A DNA stretch of 32,000 nucleotides. It comes from Mycolicibacterium smegmatis. Its GTDB lineage: Bacteria; Actinomycetota; Actinomycetes; Mycobacteriales; Mycobacteriaceae. The notes under the pieces were generated by a model. The model saw only the letters and a list, made by a program, of their open reading frames with translations. It was not told where the DNA came from and did not search any database. Below are positions 17,603 through 24,921 of the stretch, piece after piece; position 1 is the stretch's first letter, and the number at the start of each line of letters is the position of its first letter. The stretch is taken from NCBI RefSeq assembly GCF_001457595.1, contig NZ_LN831039.1, positions 2,370,001 to 2,402,000 on the forward strand. Reading direction: 5' to 3'. Both the position numbers and the translations under genes were made by a program.

Positions 17603-18751
17603 TCAGCGAGTGAGAATCGTGGCGCCCGCGGTGCCTGGCGCGCCGTAGAGCTGGGCGAATCCGACCTTCGGTTCGCCGGGCACCTGGCGGTCACCGGCCT
17701 CGCCGCGCAATTGGCGCACCAGTTCGTGGATCTGGCGCAGACCGGACGCGCCGATCGGCTCGCCGTTGGCGATCAGCCCGCCGTCGGTGTTGACCGGCAG
17801 CGACCCGCCGATCTCGGTGGCGCCGTCGGCGAGCAGCTTCTCCTGGTCGCCGTGCGCGCAGAACCCGCACTCGGCCATGTGGATGATCTCGGCGCCCGCA
17901 TCGGTGTCCTGCAGCTGGATCACGTCGACGTCTTCCGGCGCCACCCCGGCCTTTTCGAACGCCGCGCGAGCCGCATAGACCGTCGGCGCGACATCCTCCT
18001 CGACCGGTGCGCACGTCGTGTTCACCTCGTAGGCGCCGTAGCGGCGGGTCCGCACCTCGACGGCCTTGAGGTACACGGGTTTGTCGGTGTAGCGGTGGGC
18101 GATGTCGGCCCGGCACATCACCACCGCGGCCGCACCTTCGTCCGGTGCGCAGAACATGTACTGCGTGAGCGGATAGTTCAGCATGGTCGAGTTGAGGATG
18201 TCGTCCTCGCTGATCGGTTTGCGCCGGAAGGCATTCGGATTGAGTGCGCCGTTGCGGAAGTTCTTGGCCGCGACCCTGGCCAGGGTGCGCCGGGAGATGT
18301 TGTGGTCGTGCAGATACCGGTTGGCCTTCATGCCGAAGAACTGCGTGGTGAGGTACTGACCGTTCTCGGCGTACCACTTGGGCATGCCGACGAGCGCGGG
18401 ATCCTCGGTGAACGCCCCGCGGGGATGCTTGTCCAGGCCGACGGCGATGCCGATGTCGTAGTCGCCGAGGCGGATGCCGTCGGCGCACACCTTGGTGGCG
18501 CTCGCGGCCGTCGCGCACGCGTTGAACACGTTGGTGAACGGGATGCCCGAGAGCTCTACCATGCCGACGATCGCGTCCGGGTTGGCGACGGTCCAGCTGC
18601 CGCCGGTGGCGGCGCCGATGTCCTTCCAGTCAACCCCGGCATCGGCGACCGCCGCGAAGATCGCGTCGACGCCCATCTGCATCGCGGTCTTGCCCTCGAA
18701 CCGGCCGAACGGGTGAATGCCGACCCCGATGATCGCTACGTCGTGGGACAC
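17603..18751 (-). CDS. Thiolase-fold protein, SCP-x / lipid-transfer-protein (Ltp)-like, with altered catalytic motifs
   Basis: GTG 18751 with GGGAAGGGG Shine-Dalgarno. MSHDVAIIGVGIHPFGRFEG..., NVFNACATAAS, NTDGGLIANGEPIGASGLRQIHELVRQLRGEAG. The overall layout matches SCP2-type thiolases. Confidence 0.85.
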   Translation of the reverse strand: MSHDVAIIGVGIHPFGRFEGKTAMQMGVDAIFAAVADAGVDWKDIGAATGGSWTVANPDAIVGMVELSGIPFTNVFNACATAASATKVCADGIRLGDYDIGIAVGLDKHPRGAFTEDPALVGMPKWYAENGQYLTTQFFGMKANRYLHDHNISRRTLARVAAKNFRNGALNPNAFRRKPISEDDILNSTMLNYPLTQYMFCAPDEGAAAVVMCRADIAHRYTDKPVYLKAVEVRTRRYGAYEVNTTCAPVEEDVAPTVYAARAAFEKAGVAPEDVDVIQLQDTDAGAEIIHMAECGFCAHGDQEKLLADGATEIGGSLPVNTDGGLIANGEPIGASGLRQIHELVRQLRGEAGDRQVPGEPKVGFAQLYGAPGTAGATILTR

Positions 18752-18885
18752 GTTTCAGCCCCTTCCCGATGTGCAAGTGAAGGTGATTTCGTCGGTCCGG
18801 CCCAATGGCACTGTGCCGTCCTGCATGGCGCCGTCCTTCCGCGAAAAGTCTCGTCACACGAGCCGTCGAACCAAAAGGGTATAGC

Positions 18886-18904
18886 AACTGTAACTCTTAC
18901 AGTA
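18886..18904. promoter_or_regulatory. Candidate TetR operator
   Basis: AACTGTAA-CTC-TTACAGTA (15/16), with a perfect inverted repeat ACTGTAA/TTACAGT. It lies directly upstream of the MopB start candidates, in the divergent region with the Ltp-like gene. Confidence 0.65.
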
Positions 18905-18906
18905 AT

Positions 18907-21195
18907 GTGGTTGTGGTGATCGAGAGCGGAGCCGGCCACAAGCCTGAGCACAAGGTGACGTTCTGCCGGATCTGCGAACCGCTGTGCGGAATGATCGCCA
19001 CGGTCGAGGACGGCAGGCTCACCGCGCTGCGACCCGACAGGGACCATCCGCTGTCGGCCGGCTTCGCGTGCCAGAAAGGCATCGCGTTCGCCGAGGTGGT
19101 CAATGACCCGGACCGCATCACCACACCGCTGCGCCGGCGCGCCGACGCGAAACGGCCGGGCAACCGAACCGATGTTCTCGACGGCTTCGAACCGGTCGGC
19201 TGGGACGAGGCACTCGACGACATCGCGCACCGGCTCAGCGGTATTCACCGCAGGCACGGCTCCGGCGCGGTGGCCTGGTACATGGGCAACCCCGCGGCCT
19301 TCAGCTACTCACACCTGTTCGCGGCGATGGCATTCGCCAAGGGCATCGGAGGTGACAGCCACTTCTTCAGCTCGTCGACACAGGACACCAGCAGCCGGTT
19401 GCTCGCCAATCAGTTCCTCTACGGTGCGCCGTTCCCGGTGCCGATCCCGGATGTGATGCGTACCGATCTGCTCGTGATGATCGGCGCCAATCCCGTGGTC
19501 TCGCATGGGAGTTTCCTGACCGCGCCGCGCCTCAAGGACCGCATGCACGACATCGTCAAGCGTGGTGGGCGCGTCGTGGTCGTCGACCCCCGCCGCAGCG
19601 AGACGGCCGCGCAGTTCGAGTGGCTCGGCATCGTCCCCGACACCGACGCGTACTTCCTGCTGTCGCTGCTGCAGGTGATGTTCGACGAGAACCTCGTTGC
19701 TCCGCGCGCTGCGACCCAGGCCGACGGACTGGACTGGCTGCGGCGACAGAGTGCGCCGTTCACACCGGAGTCCACCCGCGCGCACACGGGTGTGGAGCCG
19801 GAAACCCTTCGGGCGCTGGCCCGCGACCTGGCCGGCACTGCCCGCGCGGCGGTCTACGGCAGGCTCGGCACGTGCGTCGGGCGCCACGGCACCCTGACCA
19901 CCTACCTCATCGACGCGGTCAACATCGTCGCGGGCAATCTCGACGTGCCCGGCGGAAGTGTGTTCAGCACACTGGGGATGCCCGGTCAGCGGTGGGGCTC
20001 GATGGCGATGGGCGCTTCGCTGCGCCGCAGCTACCGCACCAGGCGCACACGTGTAGGCGGGTTCAAGTCGGTGATCGGGGCTGAACCCGCGGCGCTGATG
20101 GCCAAGGAGATCACCACGCCCGGTCGCCGTCAGGTCAAGGCGATGTTCATCGGCGCGGGCAACCCGGTGCTCTCGGTGCCCAACGGGCCCGAGTTGGCCG
20201 AGGCGCTCGACGCCGCGGAGTTGACCGTCGGGCTGGACCTCTACGTCAACGAGACCACGGCACACTGTGACTATGTCCTGCCCGTGACCACGATGTACGA
20301 GCGCGACGACTTCGCCGTCACCTTCCAGATGTTCCAGGCCACCCCGTTCCGACAGGCAACCGAGGCCATGGTGGCGCCCAGAGGGCAGGCGCGCACCGAG
20401 TGGGACATCGTCGTGGACCTGATCGGCCGGATGTCGGTGCGCACACCGGTGTTCGCAATGCTGCGGTGTGCGCAGAAGCTTGCCGGGCGACGAGGCAGAC
20501 GGCTGAACCCGCGGCCGCTGATCGACGGCATGATCCGCATGGCCGACGGTGGCGACCGGTTCGGCCTGCGCCGCGACGGACTGACGTTCCGCAAGCTCGC
20601 CGAGGAGCACCCGCACGGTGTGATCGTGGCACCGCACGTGCGCACCGGTGTCCTCGGCGAGGTCGTGGTGTACCCGAAGGGCCGGGTACGCCTCGAGCAC
20701 GCCGACATCGCCACCGAGATCACCGCGCTGACGCGACGCCGCAACCCGGATGGCTTCGGCCTGCGGATGATCGGTATGCGCGAACCGCGTTCGGAGAACT
20801 CGTGGATGCACAACGCGCCGCTGCTCATGCGTGGCCAGCGCATCCAGCGGGCGTTCCTGCACGCCGACGATGCCACGGCGCGCGGGGTGCGTGACGGTGA
20901 CGTGGTGCGTGTGCGGTCACCCTTTGGACAGATCGACATCGCCGTATCGCTCACCACCGACCTCGTCCGCGGAACGGTCGCGATACCACACGGCTGGGGC
21001 CACAACGGAAGTGGTGGTTGGCGGATCGCGAACCGTGCGGGCGGGGCGAACGTCAACGAACTGATGTCCAGCGACCCGCGCGACGTGGAAGCCCTGGCGG
21101 GCATGTCGTGGCTCACCGGGGTGCCGGTGGAAGTCGAAACCTGTCACCTCCACTGCGAGAGTGTCGGCGTCGCGGCGGGTGGGAGTTCTGGGTGA
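18907..21195 (+). CDS. Molybdopterin oxidoreductase (MopB / DMSO-reductase superfamily), single-subunit, cytoplasmic type
   Basis: ORF 18805..21195. The start is uncertain: GTG 18907, 18913 or 18916, all just after the operator. The earlier part is AT-rich and non-coding. The N-terminal FeS motif is FCRICEPLCG...AGFACQKG (CxxCxxxC...C). I see no twin-arginine signal. The C-terminal MGD-binding barrel is DDATARGVRDGDVVRVRSPFGQIDIAVSL...VAIPHGWGH. Confidence 0.85.
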   Translation: MVVVIESGAGHKPEHKVTFCRICEPLCGMIATVEDGRLTALRPDRDHPLSAGFACQKGIAFAEVVNDPDRITTPLRRRADAKRPGNRTDVLDGFEPVGWDEALDDIAHRLSGIHRRHGSGAVAWYMGNPAAFSYSHLFAAMAFAKGIGGDSHFFSSSTQDTSSRLLANQFLYGAPFPVPIPDVMRTDLLVMIGANPVVSHGSFLTAPRLKDRMHDIVKRGGRVVVVDPRRSETAAQFEWLGIVPDTDAYFLLSLLQVMFDENLVAPRAATQADGLDWLRRQSAPFTPESTRAHTGVEPETLRALARDLAGTARAAVYGRLGTCVGRHGTLTTYLIDAVNIVAGNLDVPGGSVFSTLGMPGQRWGSMAMGASLRRSYRTRRTRVGGFKSVIGAEPAALMAKEITTPGRRQVKAMFIGAGNPVLSVPNGPELAEALDAAELTVGLDLYVNETTAHCDYVLPVTTMYERDDFAVTFQMFQATPFRQATEAMVAPRGQARTEWDIVVDLIGRMSVRTPVFAMLRCAQKLAGRRGRRLNPRPLIDGMIRMADGGDRFGLRRDGLTFRKLAEEHPHGVIVAPHVRTGVLGEVVVYPKGRVRLEHADIATEITALTRRRNPDGFGLRMIGMREPRSENSWMHNAPLLMRGQRIQRAFLHADDATARGVRDGDVVRVRSPFGQIDIAVSLTTDLVRGTVAIPHGWGHNGSGGWRIANRAGGANVNELMSSDPRDVEALAGMSWLTGVPVEVETCHLHCESVGVAAGGSSG

Positions 21196-22718
21196 GTGAC
21201 GTCGTGGCCGCTGCCGACAGCGTCGAGATCGGCCGTCGTGCGGCCGCACGGGCCGAGAAGAGGATGCTTATCGACGGTGAACTCGTCGCTGCTGCAGTAG
21301 ATTTCGAGAACATCAGCCCGGCAACGGGATCGGTGCTCGGCACCACATCGGCCGCATCGGCGGGTGACATGGACGCGGCGATCGGCGCGGCGCGGTGCGC
21401 GTTCGACGAGACCGACTGGTCGACCGACCGCGTGCGGCGCCAGAAGGTGCTGCTGCAGCTGCAGGATGCTCTCGAAGCCGAGAAAGAGGATCTGCGTGAG
21501 GAATTGATCGCCGAGGTCGGCTGCCCGGCGATGACGACCCAGAACGCCCAGTTGGACTGGCCGCTGGCCGAGGCGCTGCGCTACCCGGCGCGGCTGATCG
21601 ACGAATTCGAATGGGAACGCGAACTCGACGGCGGTGGACTTTTCGGTGAACGCAACGCGCGCACGGTGGTCAAGGAGCCCGTTGGTGTGGTCGCGGCGAT
21701 CACGCCGTCGAACTTCCCGATCGAGGTCATCCTCAACAAGCTCGGACCCGCATTGGCCGCGGGGAACACCGTTGTGCTCAAACCGGACCCGAACACGCCG
21801 TGGAACGCCACACGGCTCGGCCGGCTGATCGTAGAGCGCACCGACATGCCGCCCGGCGTCGTCAACGTCGTACCTACCCCGTCCAACGGGGTGGCGGCGC
21901 TGCTGGGTACCGACCCGCGGGTGGACATGGTGTCGTTCACCGGATCGACCGCCGTGGGCAAGCACCTCATGCGGGTGGGTGCGGACACCATGAAGCGCAC
22001 GTTTCTCGAACTCGGCGGCAAGTCGGCGATGATCGTGCTCGACGACGCCAAACCGGCACACATCATCCCCGGAGCAATCGGTGCCTGTGTGCACGCCGGG
22101 CAGGCGTGCGCGGCCAACACGCGGATGCTGGTGCACCGCAGCCTGTTCGACGAGGCCGTCGCCAATGTGGCGATGGCGTTCGCGGGCATACCCGTGGGTG
22201 ACCCGGCCCTGCCGACCACGCTCGTGGGCCCCGTCATCAGTGCGGCCGCCAAGCAGCGCGTGCTCGATGCGTGTGAGCGTGCCCGCCGCGACGGCGCCGA
22301 GACCGTCGTCGGGGGAGGGGAAGCCGAAGGCCTGCCCGAGCACCTGGCCGGTGGTCACTACGTGGCCCCGACGGTGATCGTCGGCGCCGATCCGCGTTCG
22401 GCGATCGCGCAGGAAGAGGTGTTCGGTCCGGTGCTGGTGATGGTCCCGTTCGACGATGACGACGAGGCTGTACGACTCGCCAACGACACGGCCTTCGGCC
22501 TTGCCGGTGCGGTGCTCTCGGCGTCGCCGGAACGTGCGATGGGGATCGCGCGGCGAATCCGCACCGGCGCGATCGGGGTCAACGGCGGCATGTACTACGG
22601 GGCCGACGCGCCATTCGGTGGTTACAAGAACAGCGGTGTCGGGCGGCAGTGCGGTATCGAGGGGTTCGCACAGTACACCGAGACCAAGACCATCGGATGG
22701 CGCCGGCCCCGGACGTGA
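21192..22718 (+). CDS. Aldehyde dehydrogenase (NAD(P)-dependent)
   Basis: ORF 21018..22718 trimmed to GTG 21192, which overlaps the MopB stop as GTGA. FTGSTAVGKH, ELGGKSAMIVLDDA, HAGQACAANTR (catalytic Cys), EEVFGPV. Confidence 0.9.
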   Translation: MSDVVAAADSVEIGRRAAARAEKRMLIDGELVAAAVDFENISPATGSVLGTTSAASAGDMDAAIGAARCAFDETDWSTDRVRRQKVLLQLQDALEAEKEDLREELIAEVGCPAMTTQNAQLDWPLAEALRYPARLIDEFEWERELDGGGLFGERNARTVVKEPVGVVAAITPSNFPIEVILNKLGPALAAGNTVVLKPDPNTPWNATRLGRLIVERTDMPPGVVNVVPTPSNGVAALLGTDPRVDMVSFTGSTAVGKHLMRVGADTMKRTFLELGGKSAMIVLDDAKPAHIIPGAIGACVHAGQACAANTRMLVHRSLFDEAVANVAMAFAGIPVGDPALPTTLVGPVISAAAKQRVLDACERARRDGAETVVGGGEAEGLPEHLAGGHYVAPTVIVGADPRSAIAQEEVFGPVLVMVPFDDDDEAVRLANDTAFGLAGAVLSASPERAMGIARRIRTGAIGVNGGMYYGADAPFGGYKNSGVGRQCGIEGFAQYTETKTIGWRRPRT

Positions 22719-22723
22719 GTTTT

Positions 22724-22786
22724 CCGCGAGCAGACACAAAACTGCTCTTTTCAGTGATTTTCGCGCAAGATTGTGTCTGCTCGCGG
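22724..22786. repeat. REP-like palindromic intergenic element, copy 2 (probable bidirectional terminator)
   Basis: It has a perfect 16-bp inverted repeat, CCGCGAGCAGACACAA (22724..22739) and TTGTGTCTGCTCGCGG (22771..22786), with a 31-nt T-rich loop. It lies between convergent ALDH (stop 22718) and TetR-2, whose last codons and stop (22751..22786) are inside it. Confidence 0.8.
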
Positions 22787-23491
22787 GGACGAATCTCGCG
22801 GCGACGCGGTGAGGTGCTCCGCACGTTCGAGGATGCTGTCGAGGATGTGGTCGAAGTTGGCGGTATCGGCCGCGCCGATCCGGTAGCCGTCGCCGGTGAG
22901 CGACGAGATCAGCGGCATGGTCTGGGGATCGATCACCTGTTGCCAATGGTCACGGGGCAGGGGCACGGTCGACGCGCGGTTCTGCAAGCGGTGCAGCACC
23001 GCGCTGCTGCGGACCAGCACCTGGATCGCCGAATAGGTCTGGACGGCCTGCTGCGGGCTCAGGCCGGCCTGCACCAGGGCCGCGACCGGTTGCTCGATCT
23101 TCTCCAGGGCGTGGCGGGCTGCAGGTGTGCCGCCCGTACCCCGGATGAGGATCAGGTCGCACAGGATGGGGTTCTGCTGAATGGTGTCGCGCATCCGGTG
23201 GGCATGGGCGCGCAGTGATTCGCGCCAGGAACCGGCGTCGATCGACGACACCCCGAAGTCGTACTCGCGCAGCGCGAGTTCGGTCATCGCGTCGAGCAGA
23301 TCGTCCTTGCGGCGGAAGTACCAGTAGATGCTGGTGACGCCCACGTCGAGATGTTTGGCCAGTTGCGGCATGCTGAGGTTGTCGACGGACACCTCACGGG
23401 CGACCTCGAAGGCGCCGCTGAGGATCTCGTCGACGGTGATCGACCCGCGTTCGCGGCGCGGACGTCCGCCGCCCGTCGCGGGGGAGGCCAT
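22751..23491 (-). CDS. TetR-family transcriptional regulator (TetR-2), paralogue of 6682..7434
   Basis: ORF 22751..23659 trimmed to ATG 23491, 2 nt after the P450 stop. MASPATGGGRPRRERGSITVDEILSGAFEVAREVSVDNLSMPQLAKHLDVGVTSIYWYFRRKDDLL. The last ~10 codons and the stop lie inside the REP-like element 22724..22786. Confidence 0.9.
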   Translation of the reverse strand: MASPATGGGRPRRERGSITVDEILSGAFEVAREVSVDNLSMPQLAKHLDVGVTSIYWYFRRKDDLLDAMTELALREYDFGVSSIDAGSWRESLRAHAHRMRDTIQQNPILCDLILIRGTGGTPAARHALEKIEQPVAALVQAGLSPQQAVQTYSAIQVLVRSSAVLHRLQNRASTVPLPRDHWQQVIDPQTMPLISSLTGDGYRIGAADTANFDHILDSILERAEHLTASPRDSSPRADTILRENH

Positions 23492-23493
23492 GC

Positions 23494-24702
23494 TCAGCCC
23501 GCCGGGCGGAAGGTCACCGGGATCGCGGTCGGCGATCGGAATGGCTGGCCGAAGATGTGCGGATCGTCGTCGGCGATCAGGCGAAGATCGGTGACACGGT
23601 TGAGCAGGGTCTCCATCGCCACACGAGTTTCCATGCGCGCCAGGTGCAAACCCATGCACGTGTGCTCACCCGCGGCGAACGTGATGTGCGGTATGCGTTT
23701 ACGGAAGATGTCGAACTCCTCGGGACGTTCCCACCGGTTCTCGTCGCGGTTGGCCGATCCGATGCACACGTCGATCACCGCGCCCGCCGGAATCTGTACA
23801 CCTTCGAGTTCGGTGTCCTTGGTGGCTGAGCGCTGCACCGTGGTCAGCGGTGTCTCGTAACGCAGGCCTTCCTCGATGGCGGCCCCGATGAGGTCGTGGT
23901 CGTTCTGCACCGCCGCGAACTGATCGGGGTGGGTGAGAAGCAGATACAGGAGATTTCCCGACGACCGGTAGGTGGTCTCCAATCCCGCGGGCAGCAGCAG
24001 CCGAAGGAACGAGTAGATGGCCTCGTCGGTGAGTTTCTCACCATCGATCTCGGCGGTAACCAGGTCGCCGATGATGTCCTCGGTGGGCCTCGAGCGGCGC
24101 CGCTCGATCTGGTCGAGAAAGTAGTCCTTGAGGGCCGCCGACGCCTCGAAGGCGCGTTTGTACTTCACGCTGTAGGAGATGAGTTCGACGGCACGCCGAC
24201 GGAACCACGGCAGGTCCTCCTCGGGTAGTCCGAGGAGCTTCGAGATCACCCGGGTGGGGAACTCGAAGGTGTAGTCGCGGACCAGATCAGCGCTGCCCGT
24301 GTCGACGAACTCGTCGACGAGGGCCTCACAGATGGGACGCGCGATCTCGGGTTCCCAGCGCGCCAACGACTTCGACTTGAACGCCGCCGACACCAGGTTG
24401 CGGTGATCGCGGTGTGTCTTGCCTTCCATCGCCAGGATGCTCGGACCGATGAACAAGCCGATGGTGCTGTCGTAGATCTTCGAGTTGAACGTCTTGCCGT
24501 CCCGGAAGACCGTGTTGACCGCATCGAACGACATCGCCGCGTACTGATGTTCCGGCATGAGCTCTTTCGGCGTCTTCGACCAGTCCATGACCGACCCCCG
24601 GAACACGCCTGCCTGGGCGCGGTACCGCGCGAAGATCGGGTACGGGTCACGTAGCAGAGCGGCCGTGTCGACCGCTGGGTCGTCCCGTATCCGACTGTCC
24701 AC
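23494..24702 (-). CDS. Cytochrome P450 monooxygenase
   Basis: GTG 24702 with GGGAAGGGG Shine-Dalgarno. I-helix LLLPAGLETT, EEGLRYETP (ExxR), heme loop FAAGEHTCMGLHLAR (FxxGxHxCxG). Confidence 0.93.
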   Translation of the reverse strand: MDSRIRDDPAVDTAALLRDPYPIFARYRAQAGVFRGSVMDWSKTPKELMPEHQYAAMSFDAVNTVFRDGKTFNSKIYDSTIGLFIGPSILAMEGKTHRDHRNLVSAAFKSKSLARWEPEIARPICEALVDEFVDTGSADLVRDYTFEFPTRVISKLLGLPEEDLPWFRRRAVELISYSVKYKRAFEASAALKDYFLDQIERRRSRPTEDIIGDLVTAEIDGEKLTDEAIYSFLRLLLPAGLETTYRSSGNLLYLLLTHPDQFAAVQNDHDLIGAAIEEGLRYETPLTTVQRSATKDTELEGVQIPAGAVIDVCIGSANRDENRWERPEEFDIFRKRIPHITFAAGEHTCMGLHLARMETRVAMETLLNRVTDLRLIADDDPHIFGQPFRSPTAIPVTFRPAG

Positions 24703-24730
24703 CGCGTACCCCTTCCCGTTCAGGGCATAT

Positions 24731-24749
24731 TACCGTAAAGGTTACAGTA
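24731..24749. promoter_or_regulatory. Candidate TetR operator (best copy)
   Basis: TACCGTAA-AGG-TTACAGTA (16/16). It lies 29 nt upstream of the GTG of the P450-TetR-2 operon, in the divergent region with ALDH 24922. Confidence 0.7.
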
Positions 24750-24921
24750 TATGTATTGGGATAGCCCGATTTCTCGGAGTGCACCGGAGGTCGGCCTCCT
24801 CACCGGAGTTACGACAGCGGGGGTGAGTGTAAACAACTCTGTTACCGTTGGCCTCACCGGAGGAGTACGGGCCGGTCTGCGCGGTGGCCGGCGCGTCACA
24901 CGCCGAGAGGGAGGCGAATCG

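Noticed and set aside
19309-20862. Large ORFs antisense to or out of frame with the called genes. Examples are 19309..20862(-), 21144..22946(-), 16907..18919(+), 13831..15267(-), 14262..15326(+), 7708..8691(-), 8004..8936(-), 5963..6913(+), 5565..6485(-), 4480..5370(-), 1698..2849(+), 10876..11862(-), 12103..13140(-) and 27982..28944(-).
   Set aside because: These are typical stop-poor alternative frames of GC-rich DNA. Their translations are Arg/Gly/Pro/His-rich with no family motifs. Each is fully covered by a gene with clear family signatures in another frame.
18907-21195. Selenocysteine recoding in the molybdoenzyme.
   Set aside because: The reading frame is uninterrupted, with no in-frame TGA, so there is no candidate Sec codon or SECIS context to evaluate.
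24827-24848. GTGTAA-N9-TTACCG in the ALDH leader, as a second operator with longer spacing.
   Set aside because: The spacing differs (9 versus 3) and only the hexamer cores match. A chance match within an AT-richer leader cannot be excluded.
24750-24921. A remnant of the REP-like element in the ALDH leader (CGGTCTGCGCGGTG at about 24874..24887 resembles the right arm TGCGGTCTGCTCGGTG).
   Set aside because: I found only one arm-like segment and no convincing left arm (no GAGCAGAC). The similarity is short and GC-rich.
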